Assembly (NCBI GenBank): GCA_038849525.1
Contig: JAWCMS010000001.1
Coordinates: 61,612 to 125,611, forward strand
Length of the DNA: 64,000 bases
From: Candidatus Pacearchaeota archaeon
Lineage (GTDB): Archaea; Nanobdellota; Nanobdellia; Pacearchaeales; JAHJTO01
Direction: 5' to 3'
Each line of letters starts with the position of its first letter. Position 1 is the stretch's first letter. The translations under genes and the position numbers were made by a program. Shown here one piece after another: positions 9,681 through 19,273 of this stretch. The notes beneath the pieces were generated by a model. The model made no database searches and was not told the origin of the DNA. It saw nothing but the letters and a program-made list of their open reading frames with translations.

Positions 9681-12600
9681 ATGAAAAACCTAAAAATAAA
9701 ATTAATTGCATTAATTTTTTGCTTAATGCTATCTCTAACAACAGTGTCTTCAGCATTAGCTCTACAAATTCCTTTTGATGTTTTGTCTAGTGCTAATGCC
9801 CAAACTCAGGGAACATGCATAATTGACAATTCCAGAAGATATTTTTGCAATGAAAGTATCCCTGAAAGTCAATGCTATTTGTTTAGGGCAGGAAGAAGCG
9901 TTGATGAAGTAGAAGAATGCAAGCTTGGAACTTGCGTGCCTCTGGAAGAGGGCAGATGCATCAGCAATATAGAAAGAATAAAATGTGAATATAATAATGC
10001 TGGAAAGTGGTATTCTTCGGCTAAAGAAAATGTCGCTGATTGTAATATAGGATGCTGTGTTGCTCCGAATAAAGCAAGTTGTGAAATGGAAGAAAAAGCA
10101 AGCTGTGAAAAAAAAGGATATAACTGGAGTTCTAAATCTGAGGAAGAATGTAAACTAATTTGTGGGGCTGTCGAATACGGATGCTGTAATGAAGCTGGAG
10201 TATTTACAAACAAGCACAGACAGGAATGTAATGGTAGGTTTTATGGAAATGGAATTTATTGTTCTCAAGTCATTGGTTCTGGTATTCAAGCTTGTAAAGA
10301 CATAAGGCCTGGAGATGGAAGCACTGATAATGATAAATATGATTGTTATTGTTATGATAGCTCAGGAAAAAGAGAAATGATTGCCTCAAGCGTAAAGCAT
10401 GTAACAGCTGAAGGTGAAACAAATATCGGAAGCGGTGATTGCAATGAAAATGAAATCTGCAAAGATAATGATGGAGTAATGGGAGAGCCTGCTTACTGTG
10501 GTTCAACAAGCTGTATTGATTATTGTCCTAATTGCGAGCCTTCCAATCTTAAAAATGGGGAGTCGATATGTGCAAATGTTAACCTTGGATTTTTCAATCC
10601 TGAAATGAGAAGCAAAGCACTACAGAATTGGATAATAATGTGTCAAAATGGAGAAATAAAGGTAGATAGTGGATTTGATCCACAGGCAAAAAGAGAGAAA
10701 ATATGTATTGAAAAAATAGAAAACGGGTTAAAGACAACAAAAGTGATTGCTAACAAGTGGGAAGAATGCCAAAAATGCGGGGATAATGAAAAACTCTTGG
10801 ATATTTTAGGGTATATGCCTATAGTTGGAGGCACTGCTCTTTTTTTACTCCATTCTATTGGAATAGCTGATGCCTGTCAAGGAGATTCTGGACTTAGAAT
10901 TGGAGATAAATGTTCTGATATGGGAAAAACAAATGTAGATGGAAAGACAATACAGATGTGTGACGGAGGCAGAGGAGAATTTGGAATACTGGGATTAACT
11001 GCAAAAGATGAATATGACCATGACTTATGGGCTCCTATAGGTTCTTGTAATCCTATTTATCCTCCTGGAAGAGATGATACTTGCAACAAATGCGGATTTG
11101 GAAATGGTGGAGATCCTCTGACAAATCCTTGCACAGAAGAAGAGTGCAATCATCTTGGAGATTGTCAATTTTATCCTGATGAGGGAATTTTATCACAAGG
11201 AGTCATGACTGCAGGAATGACTGCGATTGGAACAGCTGTTGGATTTTACTCAACTTGCAAGATTGCTGGTGCTTTGGGTTGGGGAGTATGTGAAAATTCT
11301 GCTGCAAATCTAATGAAAGAAATGTTCTCAACAAATCCGAACATGTATTATTGGGCACTGTATTCTATAGCCATGCAAATTACTGGGGCAGGAGCAGCTC
11401 AAGCGAATATAAAAGAACAACATACAGAATTGACTGAAAATTCTAAGATTCCTTTAAGAAATGGAATAATTGTTGCAAGGGCTGTTGAATATTCTCCTAC
11501 ATTGCTGTTTGGCGATGCAGTAACACTGGCAGCTGATGTGCTTTTACTTAAAAATAAAGGTTTTAATATTGAATATAAGGGAAAAAAATTAGGAATAGCG
11601 TCTGAAAAATTAAACAAAATTCTTAATGTTGTTGGAATTTTTGTGAATATCTATTATGCAGGAAGAGCTATGAATACAGGAAAATGCAAGGCAGAAAGTC
11701 CTTATTCTTGGGATGAGAAAAAAGAATTAGGACTTAGATGTGAAGATTGTGGTTGGGGAGAGGGACAGCCTTTCTGTACAAGAGAAAGATGTAATGTTCT
11801 TGGGGCAGATCCTTCTCTTGGAGACAGAGCAACATGCATTTTCATTCCAAAAGATGGAAAGGCATATGGAGAATGTAAAACAAAAGCTCCAGATGATGTA
11901 ACTGCTCCTGAAATAACTTACCTTAAAATAGAATATTTTGATTCGACAAAGAAAAAAATCAGCGAAGATTCAAGAACACCAAGTATAAACAGAAGAGAAG
12001 AGCTGCCTTTTAATACAACTTACATAAAAATTTCAGTGAAAACAAACGAACCTGCAAAATGCGCCTACTTATTGCAAGAAAATGAAAGAATGACTGATTC
12101 AAATTTCTTAAATGACAGTTACTATCCTTTAGAGCATGTAACTGATTACTTAAATTTTTCAAGAAATATTTTGCCTGCAACATTTACTTATTATATAAAA
12201 TGTAAGGATCCTGCAGGAAACTCGCAGTCACCTGAAGATGACAGATATTTTATAAGATTTAAAGTGGCTGGAGGGCCTGACACTGTTGCTCCTATTCTTG
12301 AATATATTGACCCTCAGGCATTTATGCCTGAAGGGACTAAAACAATCAATCTAAAAGTTCTTGCTTATGATAGCAATGGTGTAAGTGAATGCAAATACTA
12401 TACTGACACTACTGAGAACATAATGACAAGGCAAACAGGACAGAGATGTATGACTTCTGCTGAAAACAAGTGCGATATGTTCACTGCCCAAAATGTTTTG
12501 TTGAATTGTACTGAATTTACTTTAGGAAATACTGAAAGACTTGGATTAACAGGCGAGAAGCTGCAGGCATTCCTTAGCCAGCAGAAAGAATTTAGAGGAA

Positions 12601-13229
12601 CAAAAGTCTGTCCTTTAACAATAAAATGTAAAGATAGTAAGGGAAATGAAGCTGAATTTAACAATTCAATAACAATAACTTCTATGTTTAATTTGACAAT
12701 TTGGGATATAACAGACAAATATGACAGAACTCCTATATTCAATGTTTCAACTTCAAGAGCAACTGTATGCACTTATGAAATAAGCAATAAAAAATATGAC
12801 TTTAATGATCCTGTATACGGAATAAAAGAGCATGTTATTGAACATAATGAAACTTTGTTGCCAAGAAATACGCCCTACAGAATCACAGTTGAATGTAAGG
12901 ACATAGCAGGAACAAAAAGAAAGGAATCAAAAGATTTCACTGTCTTGCTTGATTCAAGTCCGCCTGAAATTGTAAGAGCTTACAGCGATGGAATGATTTT
13001 ACATATAGCAACAAATGAAAAGGCAATCTGCGTCTTCTCTACAAAAGACTGCAATTATGAATTTGATGAAGGAACAGGAATGCCTGAAGCAAGAACAATT
13101 CCAGAAATAACACATGAAACAATATTCAGAAAGGACATTTCTTATTATATAAAATGCAAAGATGAATGGGAAAATAAGCCTGCTGGCTGTACAGCAATAA
13201 TAAAACCTTATGAAATTGCTACTATCTAA
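9681..13229 (+). CDS. Giant secreted Cys-rich protein with central hydrophobic region and C-terminal Ig-like repeats
   Basis: Signal peptide; many GCC/CxxC modules; Gly/Ala-rich hydrophobic core; about four repeats ending Y/LxI(K/E)CKDxxGN; likely ATG 9681. Confidence 0.65.
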   Translation: MKNLKIKLIALIFCLMLSLTTVSSALALQIPFDVLSSANAQTQGTCIIDNSRRYFCNESIPESQCYLFRAGRSVDEVEECKLGTCVPLEEGRCISNIERIKCEYNNAGKWYSSAKENVADCNIGCCVAPNKASCEMEEKASCEKKGYNWSSKSEEECKLICGAVEYGCCNEAGVFTNKHRQECNGRFYGNGIYCSQVIGSGIQACKDIRPGDGSTDNDKYDCYCYDSSGKREMIASSVKHVTAEGETNIGSGDCNENEICKDNDGVMGEPAYCGSTSCIDYCPNCEPSNLKNGESICANVNLGFFNPEMRSKALQNWIIMCQNGEIKVDSGFDPQAKREKICIEKIENGLKTTKVIANKWEECQKCGDNEKLLDILGYMPIVGGTALFLLHSIGIADACQGDSGLRIGDKCSDMGKTNVDGKTIQMCDGGRGEFGILGLTAKDEYDHDLWAPIGSCNPIYPPGRDDTCNKCGFGNGGDPLTNPCTEEECNHLGDCQFYPDEGILSQGVMTAGMTAIGTAVGFYSTCKIAGALGWGVCENSAANLMKEMFSTNPNMYYWALYSIAMQITGAGAAQANIKEQHTELTENSKIPLRNGIIVARAVEYSPTLLFGDAVTLAADVLLLKNKGFNIEYKGKKLGIASEKLNKILNVVGIFVNIYYAGRAMNTGKCKAESPYSWDEKKELGLRCEDCGWGEGQPFCTRERCNVLGADPSLGDRATCIFIPKDGKAYGECKTKAPDDVTAPEITYLKIEYFDSTKKKISEDSRTPSINRREELPFNTTYIKISVKTNEPAKCAYLLQENERMTDSNFLNDSYYPLEHVTDYLNFSRNILPATFTYYIKCKDPAGNSQSPEDDRYFIRFKVAGGPDTVAPILEYIDPQAFMPEGTKTINLKVLAYDSNGVSECKYYTDTTENIMTRQTGQRCMTSAENKCDMFTAQNVLLNCTEFTLGNTERLGLTGEKLQAFLSQQKEFRGTKVCPLTIKCKDSKGNEAEFNNSITITSMFNLTIWDITDKYDRTPIFNVSTSRATVCTYEISNKKYDFNDPVYGIKEHVIEHNETLLPRNTPYRITVECKDIAGTKRKESKDFTVLLDSSPPEIVRAYSDGMILHIATNEKAICVFSTKDCNYEFDEGTGMPEARTIPEITHETIFRKDISYYIKCKDEWENKPAGCTAIIKPYEIATI

Positions 13230-13342
13230 AAATTTTTTTCTATGTAGATAAACAAAAGAATTACAACAGAATCGCTATTTTTCAGAAAAATCTATGGTTG
13301 ATAAACTAAGAAGATGTTTTGCTGGAATTAAAAAATGAAAAA

Positions 13343-13744
13343 TCAATCTTTCCAGGCAAGTATGCCTAAAACTATCAAGTTAACTATTGGAATTATCATC
13401 AATATACCTAACCATCCTGGCATACTTCTTCTTTCAGATATCTTCCAGAACCAAAAGGCCATTACTGCCAAGAAGACAATTCCGCCAATTACCGGTATGA
13501 AGTAAAGCAAAATTGCAAATATCTGCCACCAAGGTTGTTCTGCAATTTGAATTATTAACCAGATATTTACGACAGGAATCCATGCAAGCCATGCGTTTTC
13601 TGTTTTTGTCTTTTTCGCTATTGTCATCAATGCTAGAGAAGTATAGACATAAATGGCTATTACAACAATAGCTGCAAGAATCATTATTGTAAGACCCATA
13701 GCAGCTAAAGCACCCAATCCCAATATTTCTAGAGGTCCAACCAT
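13343..13744 (-). CDS. Small multi-TM membrane protein (DUF5684-like)
   Basis: IAKK...AWLAWIPVVNIW...IPIVNLI duplicated motif; AAAGGAGG Shine-Dalgarno upstream. Confidence 0.65.
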   Translation of the reverse strand: MVGPLEILGLGALAAMGLTIMILAAIVVIAIYVYTSLALMTIAKKTKTENAWLAWIPVVNIWLIIQIAEQPWWQIFAILLYFIPVIGGIVFLAVMAFWFWKISERRSMPGWLGILMIIPIVNLIVLGILAWKD

Positions 13745-13833
13745 CTCAGCCTCCTTTTAGATTATGAAAAAAAAACAATATTTAAATTTAACTAAACGTT
13801 AAGTATTAAAAACTTGAAAAACAATAAATTAGA

Positions 13834-14355
13834 ATGAAAAAAAGAGGGCAGATTGAAATTTCATTTCAGCTAATCTTTTCTTTAATTTTGATTGCGACAT
13901 TTATTTATGCGGCAATCTATGGAATAAGATATTTTCTTGAGACAGCTGATTTGGCTAAAATAAATTATTTCAATGCCGAACTGCAATCAAAAGTAGAGAC
14001 AGCATGGCTTTCTACTGAAATCTCGCAAGATTATGAACTTTCGCTTCCTACAAGAATAAAGTATGTATGTTTTAGCCAACCAAATGATTTGACTTTAGCA
14101 AAACTAAAAGCGGCAAATATTCCTGAATGCGCAGATTTTGAAAATTATATAATAACTTTTAGAGATATGAACATGTTTTTTTGCCCTGCAGAAAAAGTCT
14201 GGAAGATAGGAGCTCCTATTTACATTTACATTAACTGCAAAGGCAAGGACTGTTTACAATTTGAAAAAACACCTTACTGCATCAAAAACGAAAAAGGAAA
14301 AGTCAAAATTAAACTAGAAAAAAATTATGGTGAGACAAAGATAAGGCTGTCTTAA
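13834..14355 (+). CDS. Class III signal peptide (pilin-like) protein
   Basis: KKRG|QIEISFQLIFSLIL; LPTRIKYVCF; several Cys. Confidence 0.7.
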   Translation: MKKRGQIEISFQLIFSLILIATFIYAAIYGIRYFLETADLAKINYFNAELQSKVETAWLSTEISQDYELSLPTRIKYVCFSQPNDLTLAKLKAANIPECADFENYIITFRDMNMFFCPAEKVWKIGAPIYIYINCKGKDCLQFEKTPYCIKNEKGKVKIKLEKNYGETKIRLS

Positions 14356-14421
14356 TAGCATTAAAGTTAGATTTAGTGTATTTATATATGATTTAAAATA
14401 GAAATAATTCAATAATTAAAA

Positions 14422-15327
14422 ATGAATAAAATAAAAAAACTCAAGAAAGCACAAGGAATGCAGTTTAGCTGGATTTTCGCATTAATCATTGGAGGAGTGA
14501 TATTATTTTTTGCAATCTTTTTCTCAGGAAAACTTTTTCAGTTAAAAACTTATGAAGCAGAAGCAGAGCTAACAAAAAACTTAGACATTTTGCTAAACCC
14601 TTTTACTTCAATAAGCTATGCAGAAGTCACTTTAAGCAAGCCCATTAGCTTAGCTAAAAAAACAGAGATAAACTTTAGCTGTAATTCTATGGATGATTTA
14701 CAGACAATTTCAACAAAGATAGGAAAAGCAGAGTCGTTCAGTTATAACATAAGAAATAAGTATATTTTTTCTGAAGATTTCAATACAAAAGAATTATGGG
14801 TTTTTGCCAAACCTTTTAATATGCCGTGGAAAGTTGACGACTTGATTTTTGTTGTTTCTAAAGATTATTGCTTTGTAAATCCGCCTGAAAAAATAAAAAA
14901 TGAACTTTCTAATTTAAATGCAACATTGATAAAAGTTGTTTCTGACATAAGAAACTGCAAGCAAGAATCAGCAAAAGTATGCTTCTCAGGAACATGTGAT
15001 ATTTATGTTAATACTGCCAGTAGTTATGTAAAAACAAAGCAAGGCAGCTTTAATTTTTTAGATGATTCAAGCATGTATGCAGCTATTTTTGGTAGCAAGC
15101 AGTACAGCTGCAATCTTGAAAGGTTATTTAAAAGATTAGAAATACAGACAAATATCTTTTTGAAAAAAGCCGATTTATTATCTGCAAGAGGATGCTATGA
15201 AGCTGAAAAAATCAAGCCTTCATTAAAAAAGATGGAAACAGCCGTAAAAGCAAGAGATTATATGAATATTAAAACAACAGCTATTGAAATTGAAAGCAAT
15301 AATCCTGTTTTATGTCCTTTATATTAA
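14422..15327 (+). CDS. Class III signal peptide (pilin-like) protein
   Basis: KKA|QGMQFSWIFALIIGGVILFF; Cys pairs; C-terminal CPLY. Confidence 0.7.
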   Translation: MNKIKKLKKAQGMQFSWIFALIIGGVILFFAIFFSGKLFQLKTYEAEAELTKNLDILLNPFTSISYAEVTLSKPISLAKKTEINFSCNSMDDLQTISTKIGKAESFSYNIRNKYIFSEDFNTKELWVFAKPFNMPWKVDDLIFVVSKDYCFVNPPEKIKNELSNLNATLIKVVSDIRNCKQESAKVCFSGTCDIYVNTASSYVKTKQGSFNFLDDSSMYAAIFGSKQYSCNLERLFKRLEIQTNIFLKKADLLSARGCYEAEKIKPSLKKMETAVKARDYMNIKTTAIEIESNNPVLCPLY

Positions 15328-15328
15328 A

Positions 15329-15805
15329 ATGACAAACATGAAAAAAAACATTAAAAGAAAAATATTACATCAGAAGAAAGCACAGGTAAAAATACAGGAA
15401 ATGGCATTTGTCCTACTTGCTATTGCTTTACTTGCGATTATTGCATTCATATTTTTTGTAAAATTTCAAGGAGAGAATATAGCAAGAACAGCAGAGATGA
15501 CAAGACAGCAAGAGGCATTGTCTTTGCTTGGCAAGATAGCAGCTTTACAAGAGCTAAGATGCTCTAAAGGGGAAATATGCATAGATGAAGATAAAGCTAT
15601 TATTGCAAAGGATTATGACCTTAAGAATATTTTTCAGGGAATAAACAAGGTTGAAATAAAAAGGATTTATCCTACTGGAAATAATATAATAATTTATCAG
15701 TCAGGAAAAGGAAATCAAAGCGTATCAACCTTTATTAGTTTATGCAGGCAAGAATCTGATTGGAATTGTGGTATAGCTTTATTGGAATTATGGTACCAAA
15801 AATAA
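15329..15805 (+). CDS. Class III signal peptide (pilin-like) protein
   Basis: KKA|QVKIQEMAFVLLAIALL; ELRCS..CIDEDK; start at ATG 15329 or 15338. Confidence 0.7.
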   Translation: MTNMKKNIKRKILHQKKAQVKIQEMAFVLLAIALLAIIAFIFFVKFQGENIARTAEMTRQQEALSLLGKIAALQELRCSKGEICIDEDKAIIAKDYDLKNIFQGINKVEIKRIYPTGNNIIIYQSGKGNQSVSTFISLCRQESDWNCGIALLELWYQK

Positions 15806-16212
15806 CTAAAAACAAAAAAGGGCAAGAAGAGATAATGGGATTTATATTAGTTGTAGTAATGGTAGTTGTTATAGGAATAGCCTTTTTGTTTTTCTTTACA
15901 CCAAGAGCGCAAGAAAGGCAAGACTTGGAACTGCAAAACCTTCTTTATTCATGGCTTTCTGTTACTATAAACGGCAATGAGATTAAGGAAACAATAAACA
16001 ACTGTTTTTGGGCTTGTGAATTAGATTTTCCTGTCAGCATACTTGACAGTTCAATAAATTACAAATTTGGAGATAGTCTTAATGGTTACAGTTTAAATAT
16101 TACAGGAACAGCAGAGTTCTATTATGAAAAAGGCAATCTTACAGGCAATTTAAGAACAGCTGTTATTCCATTAAAAGACAATGAAATAAAACTAAGAGTA
16201 TATTTTTCCTGA
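15790..16212 (+). CDS. Class III signal peptide (pilin-like) protein
   Basis: KKG|QEEIMGFILVVVMVVVIGIAFLFF; ATG at 15790. Confidence 0.7.
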   Translation: MVPKITKNKKGQEEIMGFILVVVMVVVIGIAFLFFFTPRAQERQDLELQNLLYSWLSVTINGNEIKETINNCFWACELDFPVSILDSSINYKFGDSLNGYSLNITGTAEFYYEKGNLTGNLRTAVIPLKDNEIKLRVYFS

Positions 16213-16239
16213 TAAATAGCAATTATTAAAACGAACTTA

Positions 16240-16605
16240 TCAAAAATTAATATTTATCTGTAAGCTATCTAAATTAAGAATGGGCATTAAGCTTTTTCTT
16301 TTTGAATCTTTTTTTTCTGTTTTTACTAACTTAACAATGTTTAAATGTTCAAGTACTGAAAGATCTTTTCTGACTGCCTTAAAGTCTCTTCCAAGATGCT
16401 TTGCGAGAATATAAACAGAAGAAGGCTTTTTTTCTTTTATTGTATGGATTATTTTTGCTTTTTCATTGCTTAAAATGCTTCTTACAATTGGAAGTTCAGT
16501 AAAAATTTCTTCTTTTGAAAATAAATGAAATAATACTGAAAAAGCATTTCTTTCTGGCTCTAATGAGATATTTATTATGCCTTCTCGCTTCTTTTTTTCT
16601 GTCAT
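16240..16605 (-). CDS. Winged-HTH transcriptional regulator (COG4190/HVO_A0114-like)
   Basis: ILSNEKAKIIHTIKEKKPSSVYILAKHLGRDFKAVRKDLSVLE HTH; divergent from S-layer gene. Confidence 0.8.
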   Translation of the reverse strand: MTEKKKREGIINISLEPERNAFSVLFHLFSKEEIFTELPIVRSILSNEKAKIIHTIKEKKPSSVYILAKHLGRDFKAVRKDLSVLEHLNIVKLVKTEKKDSKRKSLMPILNLDSLQININF

Positions 16606-16620
16606 TTTAGCTTATTTTTT

Positions 16621-16635
16621 TATATACTGTATATA
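16621..16635. promoter_or_regulatory. Perfect 7-1-7 palindrome TATATAC-T-GTATATA, candidate operator
   Basis: Inverted repeat seen directly, 15 nt upstream of the HTH start and downstream of a minus-strand TTTATATA box (~16656-16663). Confidence 0.4.
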
Positions 16636-16864
16636 TTGGTTTAATACTAACATATATATAAATCTTATGTTTTTTAGTTATAGGATATTTTATATTATAT
16701 AATTATATTATATATGATAAAAAATATATAATATTAATCAATAAAAAATTTTTCGTCGATAAAATTTATTTTTTGTTTTATTAAATGGTAGTAACATAAT
16801 ATTTAAAAAGAAATTGAATATTTCAGCCTGAAAAAGTTCGTATTTTTTAAAAAAAACAGTAAAA

Positions 16865-16981
16865 TTTATAAACCAAATTTTATTAATTAAGACGTAGGCC
16901 AGAAATTATTATTTCTGGTAGGGATCCCAGAAAATTACACAAACATTGGCCTCGTATATTGTTGAAAGGAGGTTAGTGAAC
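16865..16981 (+). promoter_or_regulatory. S-layer promoter (TTTATAAA) and ~90-nt structured 5' leader with Shine-Dalgarno AAAGGAGGTT
   Basis: TATA 16865-16872; GC-richer leader from ~16891 with inverted repeats; SD 16965-16974; ATG 16982. Confidence 0.6.
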
Positions 16982-19270
16982 ATGAAGTTTAGCTTTAAGA
17001 AGATAGCACCAATATGCGCAGGAGCTATTTTACTAGGCTCTACAATAGGATTTGCAGGAGCAATGGCGCAAAGTGTGAGCTATCCTAATGACTTTGCAGA
17101 TGCAGTTGTTGTCATAGGCTCTGCTGGAGTAGCAGACATGGCAGCAGCTAACAATATTGCAGCTGATTTAGGAAAGCTTACAACTGGAGTTGAAACTTCT
17201 GTAAGCCAAGGTTGGCTTGTTAAAAAGGCAGGAGAAAAGTTGAACTATGGAGAAGACATCTTTGATATTGATAGTAGCATAGGTTCAGATGAACTTCCTG
17301 ACTTGCTTGCAGATGGTGTCTATAAAGAGACAAAAGGAAACACTGATAATGATGTCAATTATGAACAATACATTGACTTCACGAACAATGGAAACTTACT
17401 TGATTTCACAGTAGATGATACAGTAGATAATGAACCTGCTGGTTCGTATCTTAAACTTACAAAAGGCACCAATGCATTTACATACAGGCTGAAATTTACC
17501 GACAAGGTAAAATTTGATAATTCAAGTTCAACAACAACAAAAGAGGATTTTGAATTATCAAAGTTGAAGATGCTTGGCACAGAATGGACAATAATTGACG
17601 CTACAAGTTCTGGAGGAGCTATCAATAAGCTTGTCTTAATGGGTGGAGCAGCTACAGCAACACTTAAATCTGGAGCAAAAACAGATTTGATTGTTGGTGG
17701 AAAAAGCTACTCAGTTGAAGCTACTGTCTATAGTGGAAAAGATCTTGGAAAAGCTTCTTTCGTAATAAACGGAGAAGAGCTTACAATAGACGAAGGCTCG
17801 ACAGACGAGCTTTCTGATGGCACTGTAGTTGGAGTAACAGAAATTTCAACTTCTCAAAAAGAAGCAACTCCGGATATTGTAACTTTCTATCTCGGAGCAA
17901 GAAAACTTGTTCTTGAGAATGGAGAGCCGGTAGAACTGAATGGAGAGGAAATTGACGGAAGCACTGTTGCAATAACATCAAGTAACAAAGAGCTTTCTCA
18001 AATTTCAATCTCATACGCGCCAGATGAAGATGACGTCTTTATTGGTGTTGGCAAATCCTGGACAGACCCTGTATTCGGAGCAATAAAGTTTGTATTTGCA
18101 GGCTTAGAAAAGAATACAGAAAAAATAGAAGTATCAACAAGTGCTGATAAAGGAAAGCTTAAAGTCAAAGACACTGCAGGAAACACAATTGAGATACCGT
18201 TTATCGACAATGACACAAATGTGTTCCTTGGAGATAAATTAGTACCTACAAACACTGCAACAATTTCAACTGGATTGGGCAATTTGATTACCCAGGATGG
18301 AGGTTATTGTACAGGCAAGTCATCTCTTGAAGACTGCGAGAAGATAAAGTTCTTAGCAGTTGATTCAAGCGGAGAAGCGAGGATCATAGAAATAAAAAAC
18401 ATCGACCTTTCAAAAAGTGAGATAGACTTCTATGACGTAACAAAAGGCTTAACTATTGACAATGTAGCCTTTGTGAATGGAACAAATGATGCGCTTGACG
18501 TGGGCTTTATGGAAATAAACATAAACATTAGCATAGAAGATAGATCAATTGTTCTGAATGACATAAACAAGTATAACGTAAGCGGAGCATTCCAGACTTC
18601 TTTAGAAGGAAGCCTGAACTTAAGCCAAAGTGGTAAAGTTGTAAGAATACAGCTTTATCAAGAAGATAACAGCCAGATAGCAGAATTCAATATAACTGTT
18701 GAGAGTGATGGAGACATGATTGTTGACAACATCGATGCAACTCTTTATGACATTGAAGAGGATTCTGACACCCAGGTTGGTATAGACAAAACTAAATGGG
18801 GTGCATTATTTACATGGGACAGTGAAGATAAAAATAGCTTAACAATAGAATATCCTGAAGAAAAAGTTGTTGCTAATGTCTATGTCGCACCTATAAGCGC
18901 AATAGTTTCTGGCGGTGGAATTGTGCCTGTTGTCAAAGATACTGAACTTGGAGACCTTAAAGCAACTAAAAACTTAGTTGTTGTCGGAGGTTCAGCTATC
19001 AATAGAATAGCTGCAGAATTGTTGAAAGTAAGCTTCCCAACTTACGGAACAGATGCTGCATGGCAATCTGCAACCGGAGTCGGCCCTGACATGGCTATAA
19101 TCAAGCTGTTCTCAGGAGCAGACAAGACATTTGGAGCTGGTAATGTGGCTTTACTTGTCGCTGGTTACGAAGCTGCTGATACACAAGCTGCTGCTAAGTA
19201 CTTGATAACAAATCCAGGTGCTGTCACAACAAAAGTTATAAAGAAAACAACTGCGGGAACCTACGCTTAA
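16982..19270 (+). CDS. Major S-layer protein (Methanococcales-type N/C-terminal domains)
   Basis: MKFSFKKIAPICAGA signal; VVVIGS..ADMAAANNIA; ELPDLLADG; NLVVVGGSAINRIAAEL; LLVAGYEAADTQAAA; acidic; higher GC and strong SD suggest high expression. Confidence 0.85.
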   Translation: MKFSFKKIAPICAGAILLGSTIGFAGAMAQSVSYPNDFADAVVVIGSAGVADMAAANNIAADLGKLTTGVETSVSQGWLVKKAGEKLNYGEDIFDIDSSIGSDELPDLLADGVYKETKGNTDNDVNYEQYIDFTNNGNLLDFTVDDTVDNEPAGSYLKLTKGTNAFTYRLKFTDKVKFDNSSSTTTKEDFELSKLKMLGTEWTIIDATSSGGAINKLVLMGGAATATLKSGAKTDLIVGGKSYSVEATVYSGKDLGKASFVINGEELTIDEGSTDELSDGTVVGVTEISTSQKEATPDIVTFYLGARKLVLENGEPVELNGEEIDGSTVAITSSNKELSQISISYAPDEDDVFIGVGKSWTDPVFGAIKFVFAGLEKNTEKIEVSTSADKGKLKVKDTAGNTIEIPFIDNDTNVFLGDKLVPTNTATISTGLGNLITQDGGYCTGKSSLEDCEKIKFLAVDSSGEARIIEIKNIDLSKSEIDFYDVTKGLTIDNVAFVNGTNDALDVGFMEININISIEDRSIVLNDINKYNVSGAFQTSLEGSLNLSQSGKVVRIQLYQEDNSQIAEFNITVESDGDMIVDNIDATLYDIEEDSDTQVGIDKTKWGALFTWDSEDKNSLTIEYPEEKVVANVYVAPISAIVSGGGIVPVVKDTELGDLKATKNLVVVGGSAINRIAAELLKVSFPTYGTDAAWQSATGVGPDMAIIKLFSGADKTFGAGNVALLVAGYEAADTQAAAKYLITNPGAVTTKVIKKTTAGTYA

Positions 19271-19273
19271 ATA

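Noticed and set aside
16606-16890. Long, very AT-rich intergenic region as a replication origin
   Set aside because: No ORB-like repeats with G-strings and no adjacent orc1/cdc6; divergent promoters explain it.
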